A stretch of 64,000 nucleotides of DNA from an uncultured Clostridia bacterium (GTDB lineage Bacteria > Bacillota > Clostridia > TANB77 > CAG-508), in the NCBI GenBank assembly GCA_944388935.1, contig CALXKK010000005.1, positions 6,383-70,382 on the forward strand. Reading direction: 5' to 3'. The notes under the pieces are model-generated. The model made no database searches and was not told where the DNA came from. It saw nothing but the letters and a program-made list of their open reading frames with translations. The position numbers and the translations under genes are program-made. Shown piece by piece: positions 29,016 to 39,105 of this stretch. Positions within the stretch are counted from its first letter, which is position 1; every line of letters starts with the position of its first letter.

Positions 29016-29747
29016 ATGAAATGTTTTGCTAAGACCGATTTAGGTAAAGCAAGAGAATTAAACGAAGATTCATACTATATTCCAACAGATGAAAATGACT
29101 TAAGAATATATATGTTAGCTGATGGAATGGGAGGATACAATGGAGGAGAAGTTGCAAGTAAACTTGCAATAGATTCTGCAAGAAAATATTTAGTAAATAA
29201 TTTTAATACTATATCCCATGACAGAGTAAATATAGAAGAGTTAATTAGAAGTAGTATGGAATATGCTAATATGGTAGTGTTCGAAAAATCTAAAGAAGAT
29301 CCAGAATTAGAAGGAATGGGTACAACTTTGGAATTAGTTCTAAGTTATGGGAATAAAATATATATAGGTCATGTCGGTGATAGTAGAATATACAGAGTAA
29401 GGAAAAACATTATAAGAAAATTAACTACAGACCATAGTTATGTTGAAAAGTTAGTTAAAGAAGGAACAATAACAAGGGAAGAAGCAGAGAATCATCCTAA
29501 AAAGAATATGTTAATGAAAGCCTTAGGATGTACTCCTTACGTAGAACCAGATGTTACAACAAAAGGATTCCTTAAAGGAGACAGATTAGTGTTAACGTCG
29601 GATGGTTTAACGAATATGGTAACAAATCAGGAAATTTATGATTTAGTAACAAATGATGTTGAAAATGCTACTACTAAGTTAGTTGAATTAGCAAACAACA
29701 GAGGAGGATATGATAACATAACGGTTGTTATTGTATATAATGATTAA
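29016..29747 (+). CDS. stp: PP2C-family Ser/Thr protein phosphatase (Stp/PrpC)
   Basis: LADGMGG...GTT...DGLT motifs. Sits immediately upstream of the PASTA kinase. Confidence 0.9.
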   Translation: MKCFAKTDLGKARELNEDSYYIPTDENDLRIYMLADGMGGYNGGEVASKLAIDSARKYLVNNFNTISHDRVNIEELIRSSMEYANMVVFEKSKEDPELEGMGTTLELVLSYGNKIYIGHVGDSRIYRVRKNIIRKLTTDHSYVEKLVKEGTITREEAENHPKKNMLMKALGCTPYVEPDVTTKGFLKGDRLVLTSDGLTNMVTNQEIYDLVTNDVENATTKLVELANNRGGYDNITVVIVYND

Positions 29748-29761
29748 GGAGAGATGAGAAA

Positions 29762-31762
29762 ATGGACCTAGAGGGGAAAATATTAGGTAACAGATATGAA
29801 ATAATAGAGAAAATTGGAAATGGTGGGATGGCAACTGTTTACAAAAGTAAAGACAAAGTTTTAAACAGATATGTAGCAGTTAAGGTATTAAGAGACGAAT
29901 TTACTACAGATGAAGAATTTATAAAAAGATTTAGAATAGAAGCACAATCTGCAGCAAGTCTTACACATCCCAATATAGTATCTATATATGATGTTGGTAA
30001 TGAAGGCAGTTTATATTATATTGTAATGGAATTAATTAAAGGTAAAACTTTAAAAGAAATAATAAATGAAGAAAATGGACCATTACCTTGGAAATGGTCA
30101 TTGAATATAGTAATACAAATTGCGTCAGCCTTAGAAACAGCTCATAAAAACAACATAGTACATAGAGATATAAAACCACATAATATCATAATTACAGAAG
30201 ATGGTGTTGCAAAAGTAACAGATTTTGGAATAGCAAAAGCAGTTTCTAATTCTACCATTACTGCATTTGGAACTACTATAGGTTCAGTACATTATTTCTC
30301 ACCTGAACATGCAAGAGGTGGATATACAGATGCTAAATCAGACCTATATTCACTAGGTGTTGTTATGTATGAAATGTTAACAGGTAGAGTACCTTTTGAT
30401 GCAGACACACCAGTATCTGTAGCATTAAAACATATGCAAGAACAACCAGTAGAGCCAAAAGAATTAAATGATAATATACCACAAGTTGTAAATGATATTA
30501 TAATGAAAGCAATGCAAAAAGATGTTAATTTAAGATATCAATCAGCAACAGATATGTTAAAAGATTTAAATTCAGCTTTAAAAAATCCAGATGAAAATTG
30601 TGTACATATTGGAAGTAACGTGGATGCAGCCACACAAAGAATTTCTACAGAAGAAATTGCAGAGGCAGAAAGAAAAGCAAATGAAAATAAAAATAATAAT
30701 TCTGGAAATGGAAAAGGAAAAAAGAAAAATAAATTTATAGAATTTATTAAGAAACATAAAGCTTTATCTGCTATAATTGGTGCAATATTATTGTTCTTTA
30801 TAGCATTTGGAAGTACAATGGGAATTGTAGAATTAGTAAATCCAAAAGATGTACAATTGCCAGATTTAGTAAATAAGACACAGGAAGAAGCTGAACAGAC
30901 TGTAAAAGATTTAAAATTAAAATTAACCGTTAAATCTGAGGAATATAGTGATACTGTAGAAAAAGGAAAAATAATTTCACAAGATCCAGCATATCAACCA
31001 AATTATACTGTTAAAGAACATACTGAAATATCTGTAGTAGTAAGTAAAGGTAAAGAAATAGTAGAAGTACCTAAGGTAGTAGGAGAAACAAGAGAAAATG
31101 CAGAAAAGCTGATACAAGATGCAGGTCTTGTTGCAGCTGTTACAGAGCAAAACGATGAAAAAGTAGAAGCTGGAATAGTAATAAGCCAAGACCCAGAGGA
31201 TAAAGAAGAAGTAGAGGCAGGAAGCACTGTAAATATAGTTGTAAGCAAAGGTAGCGGAATAGTAAATGTAGAAGTCCCAAGTGTTGTTGGTCAAACAGAG
31301 GAACAAGCTAGAAATACACTTACAGCAGCAGGTTTAAAAGTTAATGTAGTAAATGATGAAGACGAATCAAAGAATGACGGAGTTGTACTAAGACAAAATA
31401 GAGATGCAGGGGAACAAGTACAACAAGGAACTACTATAACGATTACAGTAAATAAAGTTGGAGCAGAAAAAGATATAACAGTAAATATTAATGTTAGACA
31501 ATTAACGGGAGGCTATTCGACTACATCGAATACTACAGCTGATGCTTCATCTAGAACTGTTACAATAAAAGTTAATAATGAGACAAGAACAGGAATAAGT
31601 AAAAATAACGAAAATTATAACAACATAACTGTTAAAGGAAGAGTTGGAAAGTCCGTAACAATTAAAGTAGAAATAATTGATGAAAAAACTAATGGACAAA
31701 TATATTCAACAGAAAGAACATACACAGTAACAGATGGTAATAATTCAATTACTATTTCATAA
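29762..31762 (+). CDS. prkC: PASTA-domain Ser/Thr protein kinase PrkC
   Basis: Kinase motifs GNGGMATVYK, HRDIKPHN and DFGIA. TM helix. Three PASTA repeats plus a C-terminal beta-rich domain. Confidence 0.9.
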   Translation: MDLEGKILGNRYEIIEKIGNGGMATVYKSKDKVLNRYVAVKVLRDEFTTDEEFIKRFRIEAQSAASLTHPNIVSIYDVGNEGSLYYIVMELIKGKTLKEIINEENGPLPWKWSLNIVIQIASALETAHKNNIVHRDIKPHNIIITEDGVAKVTDFGIAKAVSNSTITAFGTTIGSVHYFSPEHARGGYTDAKSDLYSLGVVMYEMLTGRVPFDADTPVSVALKHMQEQPVEPKELNDNIPQVVNDIIMKAMQKDVNLRYQSATDMLKDLNSALKNPDENCVHIGSNVDAATQRISTEEIAEAERKANENKNNNSGNGKGKKKNKFIEFIKKHKALSAIIGAILLFFIAFGSTMGIVELVNPKDVQLPDLVNKTQEEAEQTVKDLKLKLTVKSEEYSDTVEKGKIISQDPAYQPNYTVKEHTEISVVVSKGKEIVEVPKVVGETRENAEKLIQDAGLVAAVTEQNDEKVEAGIVISQDPEDKEEVEAGSTVNIVVSKGSGIVNVEVPSVVGQTEEQARNTLTAAGLKVNVVNDEDESKNDGVVLRQNRDAGEQVQQGTTITITVNKVGAEKDITVNINVRQLTGGYSTTSNTTADASSRTVTIKVNNETRTGISKNNENYNNITVKGRVGKSVTIKVEIIDEKTNGQIYSTERTYTVTDGNNSITIS

Positions 31763-31847
31763 AATGAGACGAAGCTTAAATGCTTCGTCTTTTTCTATTG
31801 ATAATTAATATTTTTTTTGATACTATAAAAAACAAAGAGGTAAAAAA

Positions 31848-32351
31848 ATGTCAAAATTAATTATATTACGTGGAAATTCTGGAAGTGGGAAAACCACAAT
31901 TGCAAAAGCTTTGCAGAAAAAAATTGGATATGGAACGATGTTAATTTCTCAAGATGTTGTGCGAAGAGAAATCTTGTATTTAAAAGGTAGCCAAGAAAAG
32001 CCAAAGGTTAATGATTTGATATACACAATTGCATTATATGGAAAAGAAAATTGTGGCATAGTAATTTTAGAAGGTATTTTAACATCAAAGAAGTATGAAA
32101 GTTTATTAAATAAATTATCATTAGAATTTAAAAATAATGTTTTGGCATATTATTTTGACATTCCGTTCGAAGAAACATTAAAACGTCATAGCCAAAGAGA
32201 ATGTGCAAATGAATTTGGCGAAGAAGAGATGAAAAGTTGGTGGAAAGAAAAAGACCTTTTAAAGGATATTCCAGAACAAATATTAACTATGGACATGAGT
32301 CAAGAAGACATAGTAAATAAAATATGTAAAGATGTAGGATTAAATAATTAA
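31848..32351 (+). CDS. P-loop NTPase/kinase-like protein (167 aa)
   Basis: Walker A GNSGSGKTT near the N-terminus. Own terminator upstream (GACGAAGC-ttaaat-GCTTCGTC, after prkC). Inserted between prkC and rsgA. Confidence 0.6.
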   Translation: MSKLIILRGNSGSGKTTIAKALQKKIGYGTMLISQDVVRREILYLKGSQEKPKVNDLIYTIALYGKENCGIVILEGILTSKKYESLLNKLSLEFKNNVLAYYFDIPFEETLKRHSQRECANEFGEEEMKSWWKEKDLLKDIPEQILTMDMSQEDIVNKICKDVGLNN

Positions 32352-32421
32352 TTATTAGGGAAGAAATAGAAAATATAAAACTTGATATGCTATGATATAA
32401 TACACTTAGTTAGGAGGAAAT

Positions 32422-33279
32422 ATGAAGGGAAAGGTAATAAGCAATATTTCGAATTTGTATTATGTAGAGGCAAATGATAAAACATACGAATGCAATGCAA
32501 GGGGAAAATTAAAGGATGAAGGCATTGTTGTTGGAGATATAGTAGATTTTAACGAGAATGACAATATAATAGAAAAAATAGAAAATAGGATAAATTATAT
32601 TAAGAGACCAAAAGTTTCTAATATAACGCAAATAGTGTGCGTATTATCTGCAAAACATCCAAAGCCAGATTTATTAATGCTAGATAAACAATTAGCATAT
32701 GCAGAATATGTTGGTGTAAAATCTGCAATTGTAATAAATAAAATAGACTTAGACCAAAAGAAAGTTGAAGAAATAAAAGAAATTTATAAAGATATAGGAT
32801 ATCCAATAGTAACAACAAATGCAAAGGACAAACAGGGAATAGAAGAGCTTAATAAGATCTTAGAAAATAATATTAATGTTTTTGCTGGAAATTCCGGAGT
32901 AGGTAAGTCTACTTTATTAAATGATATTTATGGGGAAGAGATAACTAAATCAGGATTAATTAGTAACAAAAACAAAAGAGGAAAAAATACAACTACTAAT
33001 GTTTCATTATATAAGATAAAAGAAAATGAATATATTGCAGACACACCAGGTTTTTCCACATTTGACATTTCAGAGATAGAATCTAATAAATTAGCAGAGT
33101 ATTTTAAAGAATTTAGAGAGCCTGCAAAAGAATGTGAATACGCAGATTGTAGACACATAAAAGAAGAAAATTGTGGAATCAGAAAGGCAGTGCAAAAAAG
33201 AGAAATATCAGAAAGTAGATATCAAAATTTTATAAAAATATATGAAGATTTAAAGGATAAGGAGGAACACAAATGGTAG
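32422..33279 (+). CDS. rsgA: Ribosome small-subunit-dependent GTPase A
   Basis: Circularly permuted GTPase motifs NKIDL ... GNSGVGKST ... DTPGF. C-terminal zinc finger C..C..H..C. Confidence 0.9.
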   Translation: MKGKVISNISNLYYVEANDKTYECNARGKLKDEGIVVGDIVDFNENDNIIEKIENRINYIKRPKVSNITQIVCVLSAKHPKPDLLMLDKQLAYAEYVGVKSAIVINKIDLDQKKVEEIKEIYKDIGYPIVTTNAKDKQGIEELNKILENNINVFAGNSGVGKSTLLNDIYGEEITKSGLISNKNKRGKNTTTNVSLYKIKENEYIADTPGFSTFDISEIESNKLAEYFKEFREPAKECEYADCRHIKEENCGIRKAVQKREISESRYQNFIKIYEDLKDKEEHKW

Positions 33280-33932
33280 AAATTTCAGCATCAATATTGG
33301 ATGCAAAAGAAGAGGAAGCAGCAAAAACATTTTATAATCTTGAGGTTGCAAAAATAGATTATTTCCATATAGATGTTATGGATGGGAAATTTGTTGAGAA
33401 GAATACTGTGGATAAAATGAACAAATATGGAACTTTGTTAAAACAAATTTCAACTTTACCTTTAGATGTACATTTAATGGTAGAGGATGTAGAAACATAC
33501 ATAAAATTATATAGTGCAATAGAACCAAATATAATAACATTTCATTTAGAAGCAATTAAAGATAAAGAAAAAGTATATGATATGATTAATTTAATAAAGG
33601 AAAATAATTGTAAGGTCGGAATAGCTATAAAGCCAAACACAGATATAAAAGAATTATACGAATTTTTACCATATATTAATATGGCTTTGGTAATGACAGT
33701 AGAACCTGGAAAGGGTGGCCAAGCATTAATTCCAGAGACTTTAAGAAAAGTAAAAATATTAAAAGAATATTTAAGACAAAAAAATTTAGATACATATATA
33801 GAAGCAGATGGAGGAATTAATTTAAACACAATAGAAGATGTTATCGAATCTGGAGTGGATATAGCAGTAGTAGGGAACGGAATTTTAAAATCAGATAATT
33901 ATAAAGAAACAGTAAGAAAATTAAAGGCATAA
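33273..33932 (+). CDS. rpe: Ribulose-phosphate 3-epimerase
   Basis: FHIDVMDG...DVHLMV...VEPG motifs. 219 aa. Confidence 0.9.
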   Translation: MVEISASILDAKEEEAAKTFYNLEVAKIDYFHIDVMDGKFVEKNTVDKMNKYGTLLKQISTLPLDVHLMVEDVETYIKLYSAIEPNIITFHLEAIKDKEKVYDMINLIKENNCKVGIAIKPNTDIKELYEFLPYINMALVMTVEPGKGGQALIPETLRKVKILKEYLRQKNLDTYIEADGGINLNTIEDVIESGVDIAVVGNGILKSDNYKETVRKLKA

Positions 33933-33965
33933 TTTGGCGAAACCAATAAAAGAAAACTTAGCAAA

Positions 33966-35105
33966 TTAATTTGCTAAGTTTTCTTTTGATATTACTTCAT
34001 TTTTATGGTTTTTTCCATTAAAGAATAAATTATATATAATAACTCCAAATCCTAGAATAGATATGAATAATGTTATTATAATTCCAATATAAGGTATTAA
34101 TTGTAAAGCTCCAATTACAACAGCAATTAATATTGCAAGTAAATATTCTAATGGCATTTTAGAGAATTTTTTATTATTATAAATTCTTCTAGCTAAAACT
34201 GATGCTAATATGTAAGGTGAAATTCCAATTAAAGCTACATATATCATTAGAAGTAATAATCCTATAGTTAAACCTATTTGAGCAGCAATTAATATAACTG
34301 ATAAGATTGGTATAGCAATAAATGCAATTAAACCAGTTAAAAATACTTTACCAAAATGATGTGCTAGGCAAGAAGAAGATTTTTCTAATCCTTCTTCTAA
34401 GAAGAATCTGTAAAGTAAATATACTAAACTTGCTGCAAAAATACTATTAATAATACCAATTATAACATCTAAGAAATTAGTGAATTTATTGTTTGTTGCA
34501 GGTGAAATGTAATTGCTTTCTCCACTAACAACTCCAGAAGGAATTTGCATTTCTGTTTCGGTAGAATATGTTAGGTTACCAGAAACAGAACCTTGTGAAG
34601 AATCAGAAGAAATAACAAAGTCTGTTGCAGAAATATAAGCATTTCTTCCTATGGTTCCTAATAAAGTTGTTTTATTAGTTATTGCGTATAAATCTTTATA
34701 AGTTCCATGACTCATTGGAATAGTTAATTCATTACAAGCAACATATAGTGAACTAGAAAATGTATTAAAAGTTACATTCTTTGCTACTATATATGTACTT
34801 CCATCTACATAAGAAGAATCTTCAAAAGTAACATCACCAGTAGAACATATAAATAAGTTGCCTTTAACTTCTCCAGATATTGTTATATTTTTTCCGAAAA
34901 TATAAACATTTCCATCTACAATTTGAGACAAATTAACATCTTCGCCATATAAATATGCGTCATCTTTTACAACTGTAGTTGTATCAGAAGAATCTGTTGC
35001 TGTAGTATTTTGCGTTTCGTTTGTATCTGCAGCAAAACAAATTGTAGAAATTGATAGGATAATAACTAGAAACATAGTTATTATAATATTTCTTAATTTT
35101 TTCAT
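33966..35105 (-). CDS. Hypothetical secreted beta-helix (bactofilin/polymer-forming-like) domain protein with C-terminal 4-TM anchor
   Basis: Signal peptide. Thr-rich linker. Repetitive G.V.I.G.V.G motifs. Four C-terminal hydrophobic helices. Confidence 0.5.
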   Translation of the reverse strand: MKKLRNIIITMFLVIILSISTICFAADTNETQNTTATDSSDTTTVVKDDAYLYGEDVNLSQIVDGNVYIFGKNITISGEVKGNLFICSTGDVTFEDSSYVDGSTYIVAKNVTFNTFSSSLYVACNELTIPMSHGTYKDLYAITNKTTLLGTIGRNAYISATDFVISSDSSQGSVSGNLTYSTETEMQIPSGVVSGESNYISPATNNKFTNFLDVIIGIINSIFAASLVYLLYRFFLEEGLEKSSSCLAHHFGKVFLTGLIAFIAIPILSVILIAAQIGLTIGLLLLMIYVALIGISPYILASVLARRIYNNKKFSKMPLEYLLAILIAVVIGALQLIPYIGIIITLFISILGFGVIIYNLFFNGKNHKNEVISKENLAN

Positions 35106-35172
35106 TTGTAATACCTCCTATAAAATACTCTAATCAAAATATATAGTATACGTCTTTTTTTGTCAATATAAA

Positions 35173-35814
35173 TCAGTTCTTATGTTCAGATTTATACTTT
35201 TTACAAAATTTTTTTAGTGTACAATTTTCACAATTAGGATTTCTAGCCATACAAGTATTTCTTCCATGCCATACAAATAGATGATTAACATCTTTTAAAT
35301 ATTCTTTTGGAATAATTTTTAATAAATCTTGTTCTATTTTTGCAGGGTCTTTTTCTTTAGATAATCCAAGTCTATTAGAAATTCTTTTTGCATGTGTGTC
35401 AACAGCAATTCCAGTTGCAATTCCAAAAACCTCTAATAAAATTACATTAGCACTTTTTCTACCAATTCCAGGTAGTTTAATAAGTTCATCCATAGTGTTT
35501 GGTACAACACCATTATAATCTTTTAAAATTTTATTTGCACAAGCGCGTGCATTTTTTGCTTTATTTTTATAAAAACCACAGGGATGAATTATTTCTTCTA
35601 ATTCATTTATGTCACAATTTGCAAATGCTTCGATTGTTGGGTATTTTTGGAATAATGCTGGTGTAGTTAAATTTACTCTTTCATCGGTACATTGAGCAGA
35701 TAGCATTACAGCGATAACTAATTGAAAAGGAGTTTTAAAATCTAAGCTACATGTTGCATCTGGATAAGTTTTCTTTAAAGTTTCTACTAATTCTATAACA
35801 TCTTTTTTGTTCAT
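35173..35814 (-). CDS. nth: Endonuclease III (DNA glycosylase/AP lyase, HhH-GPD with 4Fe-4S cluster)
   Basis: HhH motif LPGIGRKSANVIL. C-x6-C-x2-C-x5-C cluster CMARNPNCENCTLKKFC. Confidence 0.9.
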   Translation of the reverse strand: MNKKDVIELVETLKKTYPDATCSLDFKTPFQLVIAVMLSAQCTDERVNLTTPALFQKYPTIEAFANCDINELEEIIHPCGFYKNKAKNARACANKILKDYNGVVPNTMDELIKLPGIGRKSANVILLEVFGIATGIAVDTHAKRISNRLGLSKEKDPAKIEQDLLKIIPKEYLKDVNHLFVWHGRNTCMARNPNCENCTLKKFCKKYKSEHKN

Positions 35815-35921
35815 ACATTACCTCCTATTTTGGAAATATTATATCATAATAAGATATCAACATAAAGTAATCACAGTAATAATTATTTTCTCATATTATA
35901 TAAAAAAGGAGGTAATAATTT

Positions 35922-36071
35922 ATGTGCAAAATTTTAAAAAAGACTTTAGCGGTAATATTGATAGGTTTGGGAATTGGAATACTATTAGTATTGTTACTTC
36001 CTTTTGCTGGATGGCTTTTTGTAATAGGTGTTGCTATTATTATAGTTGGAATAATTTGGCTTAGTAACTAG
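35922..36071 (+). CDS. Small hydrophobic membrane protein (49 aa), below the ORF-track size cut-off
   Basis: AAGGAGG RBS 9 nt upstream of ATG. MCKILKKTLAVILIGLGIGILLVLLLPFAGWLFVIGVAIIIVGIIWLSN gives two predicted TM helices. Confidence 0.45.
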   Translation: MCKILKKTLAVILIGLGIGILLVLLLPFAGWLFVIGVAIIIVGIIWLSN

Positions 36072-36400
36072 CCAACTATAGGAATTTTTGATTTTTATTC
36101 AGTGTTACATTGGAATTAATTAAATTTGGTTAATGGTAAAGGAGGAGAGAGGAATGACAATTGTTGTAAAGAAAGTTCCAAAATTTTTGAGGGGATTTGT
36201 AAAATTTATATTTAGAATAAAAGATTGATACATAGGAAAAGTGACTTCGTCAAATGTGCAGATTGCTTTGCAATCGCACGGACCAATGAAAAGTGATTTG
36301 CATAATAAAAATATCGCCAGCGTATTCTGACGATATTTTTTCTGTGTACACATGATAAAAGGGGATATATTACTATAATAACCCCTCACAATATATAAAC

Positions 36401-36598
36401 TTAAGCTCTTTTAACTTTTCCAGAACGTAAACATTTTGCACATACTTTAATTTTTTTTGGTTGTCCATCTACTATTGTTTTTACAGTTCTTAAATTTGGT
36501 TTCCAAGTTCTTGAAGCTCTATTACTAACATGTGAACGTGTTATACTTAATTTGTTTCCGTGAGATAATGATTTTTCACAAATTGCACATTTTGCCAT
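36401..36598 (-). CDS. rpmB: 50S ribosomal protein L28
   Basis: MAKCAICEKSLSHGNKLSITRSHVSNRASRTWKPNL... Confidence 0.95.
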   Translation of the reverse strand: MAKCAICEKSLSHGNKLSITRSHVSNRASRTWKPNLRTVKTIVDGQPKKIKVCAKCLRSGKVKRA

Positions 36599-36729
36599 AA
36601 TAATTGCACCTCCTATTAAGATAATAAACTGACTGTTTAATATCTTACCATATTATAACAAAAAAAACAAGACTTTTTCGAAAAAATAGTATATAATAAA
36701 CGAAATTATACTTCGTATAGGAGGAAAAA

Positions 36730-38781
36730 ATGGCTGATTTAAATAAAGAAGTACAATATATAAAAGGTGTTGGACCAAATAGAGTAAAATTACTAAATAA
36801 TCTAAATATTTTTACCTTAAAAGATTTAATTACATATTATCCAAGAGATTATGAAGATAGAAGTAAGCCAAAAAAGATAGAAGATTTAGTTGATGGTGAG
36901 GAAGCCTTAATTGCAGCTATTCCAGTTGCTAGAATGAACGAAATTAGAACAAGAAATAAAAGAATGGTAATATATAGATTAATCGTAGAAGATGAAACAG
37001 GAAGATGTGTAATTACATGGTATAATCAAAGTTATTTAAGAAATAGATTTAAAGTTGGAGAAATTTATTATTTCTTTGGAAAAGTTAAAAGAATACAAAA
37101 TAGAATAGAAATGAATTCACCAGTTTTTGATGACGAAAGCACAAGAAAAAATACAGGAAAAATTATACCTATTTATCCATTAACATATAATTTATCACAA
37201 AATGTTTTAAGAGGAATAATAGAAAATGCAATTTCATTGGTAAATAACACATTACCAGAAACATTACCTAAATATATTCTAGATGAGTATAAATTGTTAG
37301 GGATTAATGAGGCTATACATAAAATACATTTTCCTGAAGACTTTGATGAATTCCAAAAAGCGAGAAAAAGATTAGTATTTGAAGAATTATTAGGTATGCA
37401 ATTAGCATTATTAAATTTAAAAAATAAATATGAATCAGATACAAATGGTATACAATTTAATAAAAACGTAAAAATGTCAGATGTTATAAATGTTCTTCCA
37501 TTTAAATTAACAAAAGCGCAATTAAGAGTTTTAGAAGAAATAGATAAAGATATGGAAAGCAATAAAAATATGAACAGATTATTGCAAGGAGATGTTGGTT
37601 CTGGAAAAACTGCAGTTTCTATTATTGCATCATACAAAGCTGTAAAATGTGGATATCAAGTAGCAATTATGGCACCAACTGCAATTCTTGCAAGTCAACA
37701 TTTGGAAAGCTTTAAAGAAACTTTAGACCAATTTGGAATTAGATGTGAATTGTTAATTTCTAGTATAACCAAAAAGAAAAAGGAAGATATTTTAGAAAGA
37801 CTAAAAAATGGTGAAATAGATATTTTAATAGGTACACATGCGTTACTAGAGGAAAATGTAGTATTTAAAAATTTAGGATTTGTTGTAACAGATGAGCAAC
37901 ATAGATTTGGGGTAAAACAGCGTACGACAATTGTAGAAAAAGGACAAAATCCAGATGTTTTGGTAATGACTGCAACGCCAATTCCAAGAACATTAGCACT
38001 AATTTTATATGGGGACTTGGATATTTCTATAATAGACGAATTACCACCAAATAGAAAGAAAATTGATACTTTTGCTGTTAATAAAAGTATGGAAGAAAGA
38101 GTAAATAATTTTATAAAAAAGCAAGTTGATGAAGGTAGACAAGCATATATAGTTTGTCCGCTAGTAGAAGAAAACGAAGAAATGGATTTAAAATCTGTAA
38201 CAGCATTAGCAGAAAAATATAAAAATGAAGTCTTTAAAGATTATAGAGTGGAATACTTACACGGAAAAATGAAAAATAAAGAAAAAGACGAAATTATGGA
38301 AAGATTTAAAAATGGAGATATTGATATACTAATTTCTACTACTGTAATAGAAGTTGGTGTAAATGTTCCAAATGCAAGCTTAATGGTTGTAGAAAATGCC
38401 GAAAGGTTTGGATTAGCACAACTTCATCAATTAAGAGGAAGAGTTGGAAGAGGAGAATATAAATCATATTGTATATTAATATATCAAGGAAATTCTGATG
38501 TTATTAGAAAAAGAATGAAGGTTATGACAGAAACAAATGATGGCTTTATAATTTCTGAAAAAGACTTAGAGCTTCGTGGAAGTGGAGAATTTTTTGGTAC
38601 AAGACAACATGGACTTCCAGAATTTAAGATTGCAAATCTTTTCGAGGATATGCCAGTTTTAAAGCAAGTTCAAGCATTATCTATAAAAATAACTGAAGAA
38701 GATCCAAAATTGCAATTAGATAAAAATAAGGAGTTAAGATTATTAATAAGGGATAAATTTAAGGATAGAGTAGAAATATAA
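36730..38781 (+). CDS. recG: ATP-dependent DNA helicase RecG
   Basis: Wedge domain plus helicase motifs GDVGSGKT, DEQHRFG and QLHQLRGRVGRG. 683 aa. Confidence 0.95.
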   Translation: MADLNKEVQYIKGVGPNRVKLLNNLNIFTLKDLITYYPRDYEDRSKPKKIEDLVDGEEALIAAIPVARMNEIRTRNKRMVIYRLIVEDETGRCVITWYNQSYLRNRFKVGEIYYFFGKVKRIQNRIEMNSPVFDDESTRKNTGKIIPIYPLTYNLSQNVLRGIIENAISLVNNTLPETLPKYILDEYKLLGINEAIHKIHFPEDFDEFQKARKRLVFEELLGMQLALLNLKNKYESDTNGIQFNKNVKMSDVINVLPFKLTKAQLRVLEEIDKDMESNKNMNRLLQGDVGSGKTAVSIIASYKAVKCGYQVAIMAPTAILASQHLESFKETLDQFGIRCELLISSITKKKKEDILERLKNGEIDILIGTHALLEENVVFKNLGFVVTDEQHRFGVKQRTTIVEKGQNPDVLVMTATPIPRTLALILYGDLDISIIDELPPNRKKIDTFAVNKSMEERVNNFIKKQVDEGRQAYIVCPLVEENEEMDLKSVTALAEKYKNEVFKDYRVEYLHGKMKNKEKDEIMERFKNGDIDILISTTVIEVGVNVPNASLMVVENAERFGLAQLHQLRGRVGRGEYKSYCILIYQGNSDVIRKRMKVMTETNDGFIISEKDLELRGSGEFFGTRQHGLPEFKIANLFEDMPVLKQVQALSIKITEEDPKLQLDKNKELRLLIRDKFKDRVEI

Positions 38782-38886
38782 TATTAGTGTGCAAAAAATT
38801 AATAATTAAGTAGCAATTTATTGACTTTTGACTAAAAAATCAATAAAATAGAATTATAGTGAAAAATAATAAAAAGGATGTAAAAA

Positions 38887-39084
38887 ATGGATATAAAAAT
38901 TATATTATCAATTGTAGGAGCATTAATATCTTTAATGGCAGTATTGCTAATATATAATGCTAGAAATATTGTAAAAGAAAGATTTAGTTTTGGGGACCAA
39001 AACAGTGGAACTTTAGCTGTTAAGATAGTAGGACTAATATTATTTTTTTTAGGAATGTTAATAATATTTTATAATTTAACATAG
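38887..39084 (+). CDS. Small membrane protein (65 aa, 2 TM)
   Basis: Hydrophobic ORF with an RBS. Promoter TTGACT-17-TAAAAT upstream, with a 9-bp inverted repeat ATTTATTGA/TCAATAAAT around the -35. Confidence 0.45.
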   Translation: MDIKIILSIVGALISLMAVLLIYNARNIVKERFSFGDQNSGTLAVKIVGLILFFLGMLIIFYNLT

Positions 39085-39105
39085 GAAAATAAGGAGGATA
39101 TACAA

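Noticed and set aside
36120-36389. 89-aa minus-strand ORF.
   Set aside because: No RBS. It begins inside the rpmB terminator hairpin and has a low-complexity, Cys/Phe-rich composition. Probably non-coding; a short plus-strand peptide with a strong RBS is the better candidate here.
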